Numbered from the stretch's first letter, positions 11,851 through 24,899 are shown. The stretch: DNA of 64,000 nt from Escherichia coli (GCF_024502345.1 NZ_JALDNN010000001.1), one strand, 5' to 3'. The notes: generated by a model not told the origin, from the sequence alone. A program made the numbers and translations.

Positions 11851-12768
11851 ATGTCTAAACGATTACCACCGCTAAATGCCTTACGAGTTTTTGATGCCGC
11901 AGCACGCCATTTAAGTTTCACTCGCGCAGCAGAAGAGCTTTTTGTGACCCAGGCCGCAGTAAGTCATCAAATCAAGTCTCTTGAGGATTTTTTGGGGCTA
12001 AAACTGTTCCGCCGCCGTAATCGTTCACTCCTGCTGACCGAGGAAGGGCAAAGCTATTTCCTCGATATCAAAGAGATATTTTCGCAATTAACCGAAGCGA
12101 CGCGTAAACTCCAGGCCCGTAGCGCCAAGGGGGCGTTGACGGTCAGTTTACTCCCCAGTTTCGCCATTCATTGGTTGGTTCCGCGACTTTCCAGCTTTAA
12201 TTCAGCTTATCCGGGAATTGACGTTCGAATCCAGGCGGTTGATCGTCAGGAAGATAAACTGGCGGATGATGTTGATGTGGCAATTTTTTATGGCCGGGGC
12301 AACTGGCCGGGGCTACGGGTGGAAAAACTGTACGCCGAATATTTATTGCCGGTGTGTTCGCCGCTACTGCTGACTGGCGAAAAACCCTTGAAGACCCCGG
12401 AAGATCTGGCTAAACATACGCTATTACATGATGCGTCACGCCGTGACTGGCAGACATATACCCGACAGTTGGGGTTAAATCATATCAACGTTCAGCAAGG
12501 GCCAATTTTTAGCCATAGCGCCATGGTGCTGCAAGCGGCTATCCACGGGCAGGGAGTGGCGCTGGCAAATAACGTGATGGCGCAATCTGAAATTGAAGCC
12601 GGACGTCTTGTTTGCCCGTTTAATGATGTTCTGGTCAGTAAAAACGCTTTTTATCTGGTTTGTCATGACAGCCAGGCAGAACTGGGTAAAATAGCCGCCT
12701 TTCGCCAATGGATCCTGGCGAAAGCCGCTGCTGAACAAGAAAAATTCCGCTTTCGTTATGAACAATAA
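11851..12768 (+). CDS. gcvA: Glycine cleavage system transcriptional activator GcvA (LysR family, 305 aa)
   Basis: 305-aa ORF with LysR-type N-terminal HTH; recognised as GcvA. Confidence 0.93.
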   Translation: MSKRLPPLNALRVFDAAARHLSFTRAAEELFVTQAAVSHQIKSLEDFLGLKLFRRRNRSLLLTEEGQSYFLDIKEIFSQLTEATRKLQARSAKGALTVSLLPSFAIHWLVPRLSSFNSAYPGIDVRIQAVDRQEDKLADDVDVAIFYGRGNWPGLRVEKLYAEYLLPVCSPLLLTGEKPLKTPEDLAKHTLLHDASRRDWQTYTRQLGLNHINVQQGPIFSHSAMVLQAAIHGQGVALANNVMAQSEIEAGRLVCPFNDVLVSKNAFYLVCHDSQAELGKIAAFRQWILAKAAAEQEKFRFRYEQ

Positions 12769-12786
12769 TTTACGTAGGGTACGACC

Positions 12787-13182
12787 ATGACCAGCCGTTT
12801 TATGCTGATTTTCGCCGCCATTAGCGGCTTCATTTTTGTGGCACTGGGCGCTTTTGGTGCGCATGTGTTAAGTAAAACCATGGGGGCCGTTGAGATGGGC
12901 TGGATCCAAACCGGTCTCGAATACCAGGCGTTTCATACGCTGGCGATCTTAGGTCTGGCGGTGGCAATGCAGCGTCGCATCAGTATCTGGTTTTACTGGA
13001 GTAGCGTTTTCCTCGCGTTAGGCACGGTGCTATTCAGCGGCAGCCTTTATTGCCTGGCACTGTCCCATCTGCGTTTGTGGGCGTTTGTCACTCCGGTTGG
13101 CGGCGTGAGCTTCCTTGCGGGCTGGGCGTTAATGTTAGTTGGTGCTATCCGTTTAAAGCGCAAGGGCGTAAGTCATGAATAA
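12787..13182 (+). CDS. ygdD: Inner membrane protein YgdD (DUF423, 131 aa)
   Basis: Hydrophobic 131-aa ORF; 8-bp overlap with the rlmM start. Confidence 0.85.
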   Translation: MTSRFMLIFAAISGFIFVALGAFGAHVLSKTMGAVEMGWIQTGLEYQAFHTLAILGLAVAMQRRISIWFYWSSVFLALGTVLFSGSLYCLALSHLRLWAFVTPVGGVSFLAGWALMLVGAIRLKRKGVSHE

Positions 13183-14275
13183 GATTGTATTGCTGTGCCG
13201 TCCGGGCTTTGAAAAAGAGTGCGCCGCAGAAATTACCGATAAAGCCGGCCAGCGGGAAATTTTCGGTTTTGCCCGCGTGAAAGAGAATGCGGGTTATGTC
13301 ATTTATGAATGTTATCAACCTGATGATGGCGATAAGTTAATCCGTGAGCTGCCGTTCAGTTCATTAATTTTTGCCCGCCAGTGGTTTGTGGTGGGGGAAC
13401 TCTTGCAGCATTTGCCGCCAGAAGATCGTATTACCCCCATTGTCGACATGTTGCAGGGCGTAGTAGAGAAGGGCGGTGAACTGCGTGTTGAAGTTGCCGA
13501 TACCAACGAAAGCAAAGAGTTGCTGAAATTCTGCCGTAAATTTACTGTTCCGCTACGCGCTGCCTTGCGCGATGCGGGGGTGCTGGCGAACTATGAAACG
13601 CCGAAGCGTCCGGTTGTGCATGTATTCTTTATTGCACCAGGCTGCTGCTATACCGGTTACTCATACAGCAACAATAATTCGCCGTTCTATATGGGCATTC
13701 CGCGCCTGAAATTTCCGGCAGATGCGCCGAGTCGTTCCACGCTCAAACTGGAAGAGGCATTTCATGTGTTTATTCCTGCGGATGAGTGGGATGAACGCCT
13801 GGCGAACGGGATGTGGGCGGTGGATTTGGGCGCTTGCCCAGGCGGCTGGACCTACCAACTGGTGAAGCGCAACATGTGGGTTTATTCCGTCGACAACGGC
13901 CCGATGGCGCAAAGTCTGATGGATACCGGGCAGGTGACGTGGCTACGGGAAGACGGGTTCAAATTCCGTCCGACACGCAGCAATATCTCCTGGATGGTAT
14001 GCGATATGGTTGAAAAACCGGCGAAAGTTGCGGCATTGATGGCGCAGTGGCTGGTTAATGGCTGGTGTCGTGAAACCATTTTCAACCTCAAACTGCCGAT
14101 GAAAAAACGCTACGAAGAAGTGTCACACAATCTGGCGTATATTCAGGCACAGCTTGATGAACATGGCATAAATGCTCAGATTCAGGCGCGGCAGTTGTAT
14201 CACGATCGCGAAGAAGTGACGGTGCACGTCCGCCGCATCTGGGCTGCGGTGGGGGGGCGTCGCGACGAGCGATAA
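13175..14275 (+). CDS. rlmM: 23S rRNA 2'-O-ribose C2498 methyltransferase RlmM (YgdE, 366 aa)
   Basis: 366-aa ORF; recognised as RlmM. Confidence 0.88.
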   Translation: MNKIVLLCRPGFEKECAAEITDKAGQREIFGFARVKENAGYVIYECYQPDDGDKLIRELPFSSLIFARQWFVVGELLQHLPPEDRITPIVDMLQGVVEKGGELRVEVADTNESKELLKFCRKFTVPLRAALRDAGVLANYETPKRPVVHVFFIAPGCCYTGYSYSNNNSPFYMGIPRLKFPADAPSRSTLKLEEAFHVFIPADEWDERLANGMWAVDLGACPGGWTYQLVKRNMWVYSVDNGPMAQSLMDTGQVTWLREDGFKFRPTRSNISWMVCDMVEKPAKVAALMAQWLVNGWCRETIFNLKLPMKKRYEEVSHNLAYIQAQLDEHGINAQIQARQLYHDREEVTVHVRRIWAAVGGRRDER

Positions 14276-14318
14276 CAGGCAAGGCCGGGGCGTCGTTTCC
14301 GGCCTGCTACCCTTTCCG

Positions 14319-15050
14319 TCAGGCTGTTACCAAAGAAGTTGCAACCTGGCGTTCATCAGAAATAATGTGCGTTACCTCATCCAGATGCCCGATGCGGGCT
14401 TCCCCTGAACGATTAAATTTACTTTTATCAATCAATAACAACGATTGCGCGGCGCGTTTTAATAGCATTGATTTGTAATCAGCGTTGATAGCATTGGAGT
14501 CCCACAGTGCGCCGCTGCTATCGATCCCTTCACAAGAAAAAATAAACAGATCGATTTCCAGCGATTTAAGTTGGGAAATCAGCGAGGGATTGACGTAACA
14601 GCCATATTTGCGCTCAAGTGTGCCGCCGGAACTGATCAGTTGAATGCGTTCGCGTTTACCGAGTTCATGGCAAATCGGATGGCTATTGGTGAAGACCTGA
14701 ATGTTGATGTCAGGCAACTGGCGTGCCAGATACCAGCAGGTTGAACTGGCGTCTAAGGCTATCACCATCCCTTCTTCAATCCACGCGAGCGCCTCGCGCG
14801 CGATATCTGCTTTATGCGCATAATGGCTTTTCAGCCGGATGTGAAAGGGATCGCCACTGTCTTGATTTTGACGGTGGATATATTTAGCGCGTCCATGATT
14901 GCGCAGAATTTTACCCTGCGTCTGTAATTCATTGAGATCGCGACGAATGGTTTCTTTACTGACCTTTAGCTGTTCAGAGAGAGCTTCCGTGGTCAGGCTG
15001 GTATGGTTCAGCAGCAGGTCGACTATCGCTTGCTGGCGTGCCGCTTTCAT
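14319..15050 (-). CDS. fucR: L-fucose operon activator FucR (DeoR family, 243 aa)
   Basis: ORF 14319..15059; start set at MKAARQQAIVDLLL; DeoR HTH. Confidence 0.9.
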   Translation of the reverse strand: MKAARQQAIVDLLLNHTSLTTEALSEQLKVSKETIRRDLNELQTQGKILRNHGRAKYIHRQNQDSGDPFHIRLKSHYAHKADIAREALAWIEEGMVIALDASSTCWYLARQLPDINIQVFTNSHPICHELGKRERIQLISSGGTLERKYGCYVNPSLISQLKSLEIDLFIFSCEGIDSSGALWDSNAINADYKSMLLKRAAQSLLLIDKSKFNRSGEARIGHLDEVTHIISDERQVATSLVTA

Positions 15051-15107
15051 ATTTTTCACCCCATCATTCGATAACCGCCCGCGTCATGCGGGCGTACCGG
15101 TATGAGA

Positions 15108-15530
15108 TTACGGTGTTACCCCTTTTTTTAAAAGAATATTCCCGTACTTCGCTCGTTCGCCTGTGATAACGATCGCAAAGGCTTTTTGCGCCCGTTCATA
15201 AAACGCAAAACGATTGATGCGGATGATGTCAGGACACGGGACTTGTAGTGAAAGCGCATTACGGTAACGTCGTTCTACTTCAGGATCGAGAGTGTCACCT
15301 TCTACCGCTGCCATCATCACCAGCGGCGGTGCATAACTGTCCAGCTCAAATAACGGGATAATCGCCTGGAGCAAGTCGCTCACCAACAGGCCATCAGCGC
15401 GGATCACCTGCGGTCCCATCGAATGGGCGGGAAAGTGAGCATCGGAAAAAATAATTTCATCTCCATGTCCCATCTCTGCCAGCACTTTCAATAGTTCGGG
15501 AGAAATTAACGGCGAAATTGTTTTCAGCAT
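15108..15530 (-). CDS. fucU: L-fucose mutarotase FucU (140 aa)
   Basis: 140-aa ORF, RbsD/FucU family; position in the fuc operon. Confidence 0.9.
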   Translation of the reverse strand: MLKTISPLISPELLKVLAEMGHGDEIIFSDAHFPAHSMGPQVIRADGLLVSDLLQAIIPLFELDSYAPPLVMMAAVEGDTLDPEVERRYRNALSLQVPCPDIIRINRFAFYERAQKAFAIVITGERAKYGNILLKKGVTP

Positions 15531-15531
15531 T

Positions 15532-16950
15532 TCACACTTCCTCTATAAATTCAGGTTCAGTTTGCGGGTAGAAATAACGGTACTGATAATGAATCTGTGC
15601 ACGGGCTTCTTCCGGGCTGTTAAATTCCCCTACGCCATACCAACCGAACAGCGCAGCTCCTGCGACGGTCGTTTCGGCATCGTCGAGAACTTTTACCGGA
15701 ATATCAAGCATATTGGCTTTAATCTGATTCCACAATGTGTTGCGACTTCCTCCACCGACTAACAATAATTTAGAGGCTTTAAAGTGCCCGATTTTTTCCA
15801 GCATCTGTAGATTGCGCTGTAATTGCGCAGTTAACCCTTCCAGCGCCGCGCGATAGAAATGCCCCCGCGTGGTATTAAGCGTCACTCCTTGCCAGCCAGC
15901 GTTCTGACACGACAATAAATCACACTGCATTTTCACGCCATCCGCGCCAGGCGCGATCAGACGAGCCTCTTCAATCAACATTTGCCAAGGTGTTTCAGCC
16001 GTCCAGAACAGTTTTCTCACCCATTCCAGCACGCCGGATGCCAGCCATTGCATACCTGGGTTATACAACCCTGCCTGGCTATCCAGTTCGCAGGTGGAAC
16101 CGGCGTACTGACTTAACAGCGAAGTATCAACCTGGGCGCTACGGACCATTAAAATTTCCCATGTACCGGAAGAGAGCACGGGTTCATTTTGGTCGGCACC
16201 AGCGCCAAAAAGGGCGAACTGGGTATCGTGACCTGCGGAAATCACCGGTATGCCAACGGGTAAGCCGAGCATTGCTGCGGCGCTGTTCTGTAGCGTACCA
16301 ATCTGTTCACCCGCTTCCACCAGACGAGGGAAGAGTCGGCGTGGAATACCGGTGGCTTGTAAAATTTGCGGACTGAAATCGCGTTGCTGGATATCCAGCA
16401 TCTGGCTGGTTCCGGCCATCGTGATATCAGTAGTGAATTCGCCGGTTAAACGGTGGTTAATCAGCGACGAAATAAAGAGCCAGGCGTGCGCGCGTTCCAG
16501 CAGTTGTGGATGATTTTCTTTCAACCACACCAACTTATATAACGTATTGAAACTAAAGGCTCCGACGCCAGAAATAGCCTGCAACCGCTGTGCGGAGATC
16601 AACTGTTCAATATTGTCCATAACCGCTGCTGTTCGCGGACATTTCCAGCTAATGATCGGATAGAGCAGATTACCTTGCTTATCTACCAGAGCGCCATCCA
16701 CACCAAAGGTGGTGACGGCGATACCGCGGATGTGGCATTCAGTCAGTTCACTATTGATTTGCCGACAGCAATCAGCAAAGCGTTGCAAAATGGCGTCTAA
16801 AGACCACTGGTGCCAGGTGTTGTTTTCCATCGCGATATCGCTGGCATTAGGCGTTGAGGCGCGGGCAACAATTTTTCCCTGCCGATTAACCGCGATGGCC
16901 CTGACATTGGTCGCGCCACAGTCGAGTACCAGGATAACTTCTTGTTTCAT
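15532..16950 (-). CDS. fucK: L-fuculokinase FucK (FGGY kinase, 472 aa)
   Basis: 472-aa FGGY-family ORF in the fuc operon. Confidence 0.9.
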   Translation of the reverse strand: MKQEVILVLDCGATNVRAIAVNRQGKIVARASTPNASDIAMENNTWHQWSLDAILQRFADCCRQINSELTECHIRGIAVTTFGVDGALVDKQGNLLYPIISWKCPRTAAVMDNIEQLISAQRLQAISGVGAFSFNTLYKLVWLKENHPQLLERAHAWLFISSLINHRLTGEFTTDITMAGTSQMLDIQQRDFSPQILQATGIPRRLFPRLVEAGEQIGTLQNSAAAMLGLPVGIPVISAGHDTQFALFGAGADQNEPVLSSGTWEILMVRSAQVDTSLLSQYAGSTCELDSQAGLYNPGMQWLASGVLEWVRKLFWTAETPWQMLIEEARLIAPGADGVKMQCDLLSCQNAGWQGVTLNTTRGHFYRAALEGLTAQLQRNLQMLEKIGHFKASKLLLVGGGSRNTLWNQIKANMLDIPVKVLDDAETTVAGAALFGWYGVGEFNSPEEARAQIHYQYRYFYPQTEPEFIEEV

Positions 16951-17058
16951 AATCGCTCCTGCAATATAGCCGGATAATATTGCTTATCCGGCTAACCACT
17001 CTTGCTTGTTCAGGCCCGGTAGCCGGAGCGACCGGGCATCACATCAGGGAGTAATGTA

Positions 17059-18834
17059 TTAACGCTTGTACAACGGCCCGTAGTTCTGGCAAGCGCGGTA
17101 ATCCTGGCCTTCAATATCCATGCCGTGCGCAGCCCAGGCAGAAGGACGATACACTTTGGTCTCTTCAACGTTGTGCATACATACCGGGATACGCAGCATG
17201 GAGGCGAGAGTGATAAAGTCTGCGCCAACGTGGCCGATGGTCAGAACCCCATGGTTAGCGCCCCAGTTCGCCATTACCGAGTACACATCCGTAAACGGCC
17301 CTTTACCGGTGAGGCGCGGTGCAAACCAGGTGGTTGGCCAGGTTGAGTTGGTGCGTTTGTTGAGGATGTCATGCACATCCTTCGGCAATTCCACGCTCCA
17401 GCCTTCCGCGATTTGCAGTACCGGTCCCAGGCCTTTGATGATGTTGACACGAGTCATGGTGAACGGGACGCCGCCTTCGGTAAGGAAGCGGGAAGAGTAA
17501 CCGCCGCCACGGAAGTATTCGTGGATCGCCGGGCACCATTCGGTAGCGGCGAGGCAAGCGTCAGCCTCTTGCTGAGAGATTTCCCAGTGTGGCTTCATCG
17601 TCGGGTTACCTTCGCTGTCGCGTTGTTTACAGGAACCGTCCAGCGCAGCAGAACCTGAGTTGATCAAATGGATGATGCCGTGTTCTGCCAGTCCATCGAG
17701 TTTATGCCCCGTTACACGCTCAATTGCTTCTGGTGACCAGTAGGTACGCACATCGGCAAATACCTGAGCGGTGCCGGTGAGCTGGTGACCCATTAGCATT
17801 GCCACGCCGTTAAGACTGTCGTTTTCAGTCGCCACGACAAAGGGTTCGCGCACGCCATTCCAGTCAAATGAACTGTTAAGGAGCGCTTCGGCGGTGTCGC
17901 CATTGGGATATTGATCGGTCCAGTGGCGTTGTCCCTGGAAGCCCGCAGCGATGGCGTTGTAGCCAAGTGATTCTTCCACGCGACCAATATCGGCCAGTTT
18001 GCTGTTGCCTTGCATCATGTCGCGGATACACATCGCCATCAGTAAACTTTCGCGCAGAACTGCGCGGCTTTGCTCGGCATTGCGTTGATACTGTTTGTTA
18101 TTTTCATCTTCGCCATAGCGGAAGTTTTTATCAGCCCAGGCCAGCGCCATTTCCAGTTCGGCTTCGTCGTAAATCTTCTGATCGATACGGCGACGCAGTT
18201 CGGTCATATCCACCGCCTGGACTTTCATTCCCAGCCAGGATTCAAAGAAGTTGTGATCAACAATAGAACCGGCGATACCCATCGAAACGCCGCCCAGCGA
18301 CAGATAGCTTTTACCTTTCATGCTGGCGACGGCCAAACCGGCGCGGGCAAAGCGCAGCAGTTTTTCTTCAACATCGGCAGGAATCGATGTGTCATCGGCA
18401 TCCTGAACGTCATGACCGTAAATGGAGAATGCCGGGATGCCTTTCTGGCTGTGAGCTGCCAGAGCCGCTGCCAGGTAAACAGCGCCGGGACGTTCAGTGC
18501 CGTTAAAGCCCCAAATGGCTTTCGGGCGGGTTGGATCCATGTCGATGGTTTCACTGCCATAGCACCAGCAAGGCGTTACCGTAATGGTGAGGCCTACATT
18601 CTGGCTGCTGAATTTTTCTTCGCAAGCAGCGGCTTCAGCCATACCCGCGATACAGGTATCGGAAATGACACACTCGACGGCAGCTCCGCAGGCATGGCGC
18701 AGTTTCTCGGTCAGCAGTGCGGCCGTAGCTTTCGCCATATTCATTGTTTGTTCTTCAAGCGACTCACGAACACCCATGCGACGACCGTCAATAACCGGGC
18801 GGATACCAATTTTCGGTAAGCTGATTTTTTTCAT
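17059..18834 (-). CDS. fucI: L-fucose isomerase FucI (591 aa)
   Basis: 591-aa ORF recognised as FucI. Confidence 0.93.
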   Translation of the reverse strand: MKKISLPKIGIRPVIDGRRMGVRESLEEQTMNMAKATAALLTEKLRHACGAAVECVISDTCIAGMAEAAACEEKFSSQNVGLTITVTPCWCYGSETIDMDPTRPKAIWGFNGTERPGAVYLAAALAAHSQKGIPAFSIYGHDVQDADDTSIPADVEEKLLRFARAGLAVASMKGKSYLSLGGVSMGIAGSIVDHNFFESWLGMKVQAVDMTELRRRIDQKIYDEAELEMALAWADKNFRYGEDENNKQYQRNAEQSRAVLRESLLMAMCIRDMMQGNSKLADIGRVEESLGYNAIAAGFQGQRHWTDQYPNGDTAEALLNSSFDWNGVREPFVVATENDSLNGVAMLMGHQLTGTAQVFADVRTYWSPEAIERVTGHKLDGLAEHGIIHLINSGSAALDGSCKQRDSEGNPTMKPHWEISQQEADACLAATEWCPAIHEYFRGGGYSSRFLTEGGVPFTMTRVNIIKGLGPVLQIAEGWSVELPKDVHDILNKRTNSTWPTTWFAPRLTGKGPFTDVYSVMANWGANHGVLTIGHVGADFITLASMLRIPVCMHNVEETKVYRPSAWAAHGMDIEGQDYRACQNYGPLYKR

Positions 18835-18866
18835 TACAGATTCCTCACTTTATTCGGAAAATATGT

Positions 18867-20183
18867 TCAGTTAGTTGCCGTTTGAGAACGGAAACGGGCA
18901 AAGATAAAGATGACCGCGAAGCAGAGTGCGGGGATCAGTTCAGCAGTGGGGATGTTGCCCGCCGCGTCACTGACAAAACCCATGACCGGAGTGACAATAC
19001 CGCCGCCAATGATGGTCATAACGATGAAGGACGAACCGTATTTGGTGTCCTGGCCGAGATTCTTAATGCCCAGCGAGAAGATTGTTGGGTACTGAATCGA
19101 CATAAAGGCGCTGCATAAAGTCAGGGCTATTAAGCCCACATGACCGCCAGCGAAGGCTGAGATCAGGCACAGTGCCATAGCGATTAATGCGTAGGCGGCC
19201 AGGACTTTGTGTGGTGCGAAGCGACTGATGAGCCTGGTACCGGTGAAACGACCAATAAAGAAGCACACCATGGTTCCGGTTAAATAGTTAGCGGCAAAGC
19301 CTGCAGTCATACCTGGAATTTCTTCTACAGCGTAGCGAATCAAATAGCTCCAGCAGGCCGTTTGTGCGCCAACGTAGCAGAATTGCGCTAATACTGCCCA
19401 GCGCCAGTGGCGAATACGCGCCAGGCGAGAAAGCGATGCGGAGAACGATCCTTGTTTGGCGTCACTGTGATTATCACTCTGCAATGCCGGGAATTTCGTC
19501 AGCATGATCAGCAGGGCGACCAGTAACACGATAGCCACGATGATCATATAAGGTGTCTGTACCGATAATACCAGGCTGTGTTTATACGCACTCAATTGCT
19601 CTGGAGACATTTTATCGAGAACGTCTTGCGATTGATGTGGCACGTTAGACAAAATAAGACTTTGCCCAAAGACAACCGCGATAATTGCGCCAAATGAGTT
19701 AAATGTTTGCGCAAGATTTAAGCGGAAGTGACCACTGCTTTCCGGCCCTAATACCGTAACAAAAGGGTTTGCGGCAGTTTCCAGACAACCTAATCCGGCT
19801 GCAATAATAAATAGGCCAACTAAAAATAAGGTGTAGTTCATTATTTCTGCCGCGGGCCAGAATAATGCAGCACCCAAGGCATATAAAAATAACCCGGTAA
19901 TAATCCCTGCTTTATAACTGAGTTTTTTCATCAATATCCCAGCAGGAATTGGGATAATGAAATAACCAAAGTAAAAGGCCGATTGGATCAGGCCAGCCTG
20001 GAAATTTGTCAGCGTAAAAGCCTGCTGGAATTGAGGTAATAAAATGTCGTTAAGGTTATTGGCTACCGCCCAAAGAAAAAACAGTGAGCACAGCAGCGCG
20101 AATGGAATAATGTAACTTCTGCTTTGCCCTGCATCTTTATCTACCGCACGGTAACTCTGCGTTTGTATTGATGTGTTTCCCAT
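18867..20183 (-). CDS. fucP: L-fucose:H+ symporter FucP (MFS, 438 aa)
   Basis: 438-aa polytopic membrane ORF recognised as FucP. Confidence 0.93.
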   Translation of the reverse strand: MGNTSIQTQSYRAVDKDAGQSRSYIIPFALLCSLFFLWAVANNLNDILLPQFQQAFTLTNFQAGLIQSAFYFGYFIIPIPAGILMKKLSYKAGIITGLFLYALGAALFWPAAEIMNYTLFLVGLFIIAAGLGCLETAANPFVTVLGPESSGHFRLNLAQTFNSFGAIIAVVFGQSLILSNVPHQSQDVLDKMSPEQLSAYKHSLVLSVQTPYMIIVAIVLLVALLIMLTKFPALQSDNHSDAKQGSFSASLSRLARIRHWRWAVLAQFCYVGAQTACWSYLIRYAVEEIPGMTAGFAANYLTGTMVCFFIGRFTGTRLISRFAPHKVLAAYALIAMALCLISAFAGGHVGLIALTLCSAFMSIQYPTIFSLGIKNLGQDTKYGSSFIVMTIIGGGIVTPVMGFVSDAAGNIPTAELIPALCFAVIFIFARFRSQTATN

Positions 20184-20371
20184 AGCATCCTCTTAGGTTC
20201 AGAAGCTTAAGCACGTAATCGGTTATGTTTTCAAAAGTGCAAAACCAGCGAGTTCGGGCTTCATATCAGTGAATATTTGCCTGTCTGAAATGAACTCATG
20301 GATTCATTTTCAAATAAAAAACGCTCTGTAATATGACGGCGGTCACACTTATTAGCTGGAAGGTGACTTTA

Positions 20372-20387
20372 TGTGACTACCATCACT
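20372..20387. promoter_or_regulatory. CRP-like site in the fucPIKUR / fucAO divergent control region
   Basis: TGTGA-ctacca-TCACt, one mismatch to TGTGA-N6-TCACA. Confidence 0.35.
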
Positions 20388-20729
20388 TTAATAATCGAAA
20401 TTTCATGCCCGTTTCAGAAAATAAATCATAAAAAACACAAACCAGATGACCGTATTAATTGTTTATGCCGAAAACGGGCATTCCTGGCTTAGGTGAATAG
20501 AAAAATGACCGTTTTGATAAATATTTTTAAGAGCGGTCATTTTTAATGGGGTTATAAAAAGAGAACTTGCAGTTATTTGCTGTGATTAGTTGAGCCAGGT
20601 CACAAAATATAAGCTTGTGAATTTCTTTCTTGTTAATCAGGAAGAAGATGGTGGGTAATTAAACGGCTAATTCAATAGTGTGAAAGGAACAACATTATTG
20701 CCCTGTTTTGAATCAGAGAGAGGTAGCTA

Positions 20730-21377
20730 ATGGAACGAAATAAACTTGCTCGTCAGATTATTGACACTTGCCTGGAAATGACCCGCCTGGGACTGAACCA
20801 GGGGACAGCGGGGAACGTCAGTGTACGTTATCAGGATGGGATGCTGATTACGCCTACAGGCATTCCATATGAAAAACTGACGGAGTCGCATATTGTCTTT
20901 ATTGATGGCAACGGTAAACATGAGGAAGGAAAGCTCCCCTCAAGCGAATGGCGTTTCCATATGGCGGCCTATCAAAGCAGACCGGATGCCAACGCGGTTG
21001 TTCACAATCATGCCGTTCATTGCACAGCAGTTTCCATTCTTAACCGACCGATCCCCGCTATTCACTACATGATTGCGGCGGCAGGTGGTAATTCTATTCC
21101 TTGCGCGCCTTATGCGACCTTTGGAACACGCGAACTTTCTGAACATGTTGCGCTGGCTCTCAAAAATCGTAAGGCAACTTTGTTACAACATCATGGGCTT
21201 ATCGCTTGTGAGGTGAATCTGGAAAAAGCGTTATGGTTGGCGCATGAAGTTGAAGTGCTGGCGCAACTTTACCTGACGACCCTGGCGATTACGGACCCGG
21301 TGCCAGTGCTGAGCGATGAAGAGATTGCCGTAGTGCTGGAGAAATTCAAAACCTATGGGTTACGGATTGAAGAGTAA
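20730..21377 (+). CDS. fucA: L-fuculose-1-phosphate aldolase FucA (215 aa)
   Basis: 215-aa class II aldolase ORF. Confidence 0.93.
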   Translation: MERNKLARQIIDTCLEMTRLGLNQGTAGNVSVRYQDGMLITPTGIPYEKLTESHIVFIDGNGKHEEGKLPSSEWRFHMAAYQSRPDANAVVHNHAVHCTAVSILNRPIPAIHYMIAAAGGNSIPCAPYATFGTRELSEHVALALKNRKATLLQHHGLIACEVNLEKALWLAHEVEVLAQLYLTTLAITDPVPVLSDEEIAVVLEKFKTYGLRIEE

Positions 21378-21401
21378 TTTCGTAAAGCAACAAGGAGAAG
21401 G

Positions 21402-22553
21402 ATGATGGCTAACAGAATGATTCTGAACGAAACGGCATGGTTTGGTCGGGGTGCTGTTGGGGCTTTAACCGATGAGGTGAAACGCCGTGGTTATCAGAAG
21501 GCGCTGATCGTCACCGATAAAACGCTGGTGCAATGCGGCGTGGTGGCGAAAGTGACCGATAAGATGGATGCTGCAGGGCTGGTATGGGCGATTTACGACG
21601 GCGTAGTGCCCAACCCAACAATTACTGTCGTCAAAGAAGGGCTCGGTGTATTCCAGAATAGCGGCGCGGATTACCTGATCGCTATTGGTGGTGGTTCTCC
21701 ACAGGATACTTGTAAAGCGATTGGCATAATCAGCAACAACCCGGAGTTTGCCGATGTGCGTAGCCTGGAAGGGCTTTCCCCGACCAATAAACCCAGTGTA
21801 CCGATTCTGGCAATTCCTACCACAGCAGGTACTGCGGCAGAAGTGACCATTAACTACGTGATCACTGACGAAGAGAAACGGCGCAAGTTTGTTTGCGTTG
21901 ATCCGCATGATATCCCGCAGGTGGCGTTTATTGACGCTGACATGATGGATGGTATGCCTCCAGCGCTGAAAGCTGCGACGGGTGTCGATGCGCTCACTCA
22001 TGCTATTGAGGGGTATATTACCCGTGGCGCGTGGGCGCTAACCGATGCACTGCACATTAAAGCGATTGAAATCATTGCTGGGGCGCTGCGAGGATCGGTT
22101 GCTGGTGATAAGGATGCCGGAGAAGAAATGGCGCTCGGGCAGTATGTTGCGGGTATGGGCTTCTCGAATGTTGGGTTAGGGTTGGTGCATGGTATGGCGC
22201 ATCCACTGGGCGCGTTTTACAACACTCCACACGGTGTTGCGAACGCCATCCTGTTACCGCATGTCATGCGCTATAACGCTGACTTTACCGGTGAGAAGTA
22301 CCGCGATATCGCGCGCGTTATGGGCGTGAAAGTGGAAGGTATGAGCCTGGAAGAGGCGCGTAATGCCGCTGTTGAAGCGGTGTTTGCTCTCAACCGTGAT
22401 GTCGGTATTCCGCCACATTTGCGTGATGTTGGTGTACGCAAGGAAGACATTCCGGCACTGGCGCAGGCGGCACTGGATGATGTTTGTACCGGTGGCAACC
22501 CGCGTGAAGCAACGCTTGAGGATATTGTAGAGCTTTATCATACCGCCTGGTAA
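21402..22553 (+). CDS. fucO: Lactaldehyde reductase / propanediol oxidoreductase FucO (iron-containing ADH)
   Basis: 383-aa ORF (true start may be the second Met at 21405); Fe-ADH family. Confidence 0.93.
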   Translation: MMANRMILNETAWFGRGAVGALTDEVKRRGYQKALIVTDKTLVQCGVVAKVTDKMDAAGLVWAIYDGVVPNPTITVVKEGLGVFQNSGADYLIAIGGGSPQDTCKAIGIISNNPEFADVRSLEGLSPTNKPSVPILAIPTTAGTAAEVTINYVITDEEKRRKFVCVDPHDIPQVAFIDADMMDGMPPALKAATGVDALTHAIEGYITRGAWALTDALHIKAIEIIAGALRGSVAGDKDAGEEMALGQYVAGMGFSNVGLGLVHGMAHPLGAFYNTPHGVANAILLPHVMRYNADFTGEKYRDIARVMGVKVEGMSLEEARNAAVEAVFALNRDVGIPPHLRDVGVRKEDIPALAQAALDDVCTGGNPREATLEDIVELYHTAW

Positions 22554-22572
22554 ATGCGCTGATGTGATAATG

Positions 22573-22601
22573 CCGGATACGACGTTTGCGGCGTATCCGG
22601 C
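22573..22601. terminator. REP-like hairpin between convergent fucO and xni
   Basis: gccggatacg...cgtatccggc inverted repeat. Confidence 0.5.
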
Positions 22602-22607
22602 TCGCCG

Positions 22608-23474
<867 letters not shown>

Positions 23475-24842
23475 TTAATCGCAGGCAACGATCTTCATTG
23501 CCAGGCCGCCGCGAGAGGTTTCGCGGTACTTGGCGTTCATATCTTTACCTGTTTCGTACATGGTTTCGATAACTTTATCGAGGCAGACGCGCGGCTCGCT
23601 GGTACGGCGCAGCGCCATACGTGCGGCGTTCACCGCTTTTACTGCCGCAATGGCGTTACGCTCGATGCATGGCACCTGTACCTGTCCGGCGACCGGGTCA
23701 CACGTCAGACCGAGGTTGTGCTCCATGGCGATTTCCGCCGCGATGCACACCTGCGCCGGGCTTGCACCTAACAGTTCTGCCAGACCAGCCGCCGCCATTG
23801 AGCACGCCACACCAACTTCACCCTGGCAACCCACTTCGGCACCAGAAATCGACGCGTTCATCTTATAAAGAGAACCAATGGCGCTGGCTACCAGCAGGTA
23901 ACGAGCCAGTGAGTTAGCGTTCACTTCGCGGATAAACTTATCGTAGTACGCCAGCACTGCCGGGATAATCCCGCACGCACCGTTAGTCGGCGCAGTCACC
24001 ACGCGACCGCCAGCAGCGTTCTCTTCGTTCACTGCCAGTGCAAACATGTTGATCCAGTCAACAACCGCCATCGGGTCAGTGGTGGTTTTATCCTGGCTGA
24101 CCAGCATCCGGCGTAGTGCCGCAGCACGGCGTGGAACACGCAGTTTGCCAGGTAACACACCTTCGGTGGAAATACCGCGCTCAATACCGCCACGCATCAC
24201 TTCCCAGACGTTCGCCAGGTGCTGTTCCAGCTCTTCTTTGCTGTGCAGCGCCAGCTCGTTTTTCATCATCAGGCCAGAGAGTGACAGCCCGGTTTCCTGA
24301 CAATGTTTTTGCAGATCGGCTGCTGAACTGTACGGATAAGGAACTTCAACCGGTGCGCTATCCTGCTGGCCAAAATGCTCTTCATCAACGATAAAGCCAC
24401 CGCCAATAGAGTAGTAAGTCTGACTGTAAACGACTTTATCACCCGCCAGCGCGGTAATGCGCATACCGTTTTCATGCAGAGAAAGGTTGTCGGCATGGAA
24501 GTTCATGCACTGATCAACCGGGAACTCCACTTCATGCTGACCGTTTGCCAGCATCAGGCGACCATGAGTATTCACATCCTGAATAAAACCGGGGATGGAA
24601 TCGATATCCACGGTATCCGGCAGGTTACCCGCCAGGCCCATAATAATGGCGATATCAGTGTGGTGGCCTTTACCAGTCAGAGAGAGCGAGCCGTACACGT
24701 CAACCACCACGCGGGTCACGTCTTTAAGCAGGTTACGGGCAATCAGATCGTCGGTAAATTGTTTACCCGCTTTCATTGGTCCAACGGTATGAGAACTGGA
24801 AGGGCCAATGCCGATTTTGAAAATATCGAATACGCTAATCAT
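23475..24842 (-). CDS. sdaB: L-serine dehydratase 2 SdaB (455 aa)
   Basis: 455-aa ORF recognised as an Fe-S L-serine dehydratase; downstream of sdaC. Confidence 0.92.
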   Translation of the reverse strand: MISVFDIFKIGIGPSSSHTVGPMKAGKQFTDDLIARNLLKDVTRVVVDVYGSLSLTGKGHHTDIAIIMGLAGNLPDTVDIDSIPGFIQDVNTHGRLMLANGQHEVEFPVDQCMNFHADNLSLHENGMRITALAGDKVVYSQTYYSIGGGFIVDEEHFGQQDSAPVEVPYPYSSAADLQKHCQETGLSLSGLMMKNELALHSKEELEQHLANVWEVMRGGIERGISTEGVLPGKLRVPRRAAALRRMLVSQDKTTTDPMAVVDWINMFALAVNEENAAGGRVVTAPTNGACGIIPAVLAYYDKFIREVNANSLARYLLVASAIGSLYKMNASISGAEVGCQGEVGVACSMAAAGLAELLGASPAQVCIAAEIAMEHNLGLTCDPVAGQVQVPCIERNAIAAVKAVNAARMALRRTSEPRVCLDKVIETMYETGKDMNAKYRETSRGGLAMKIVACD

Positions 24843-24899
24843 AGGAAATACATCGCGTTAAAACGGAGGAAGCGCCGCCCGAAAGCGGCGCGAAAGGAC

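Noticed and set aside
18070-18819. 249-aa ORF on the plus strand
   Set aside because: Antisense to fucI; spurious.
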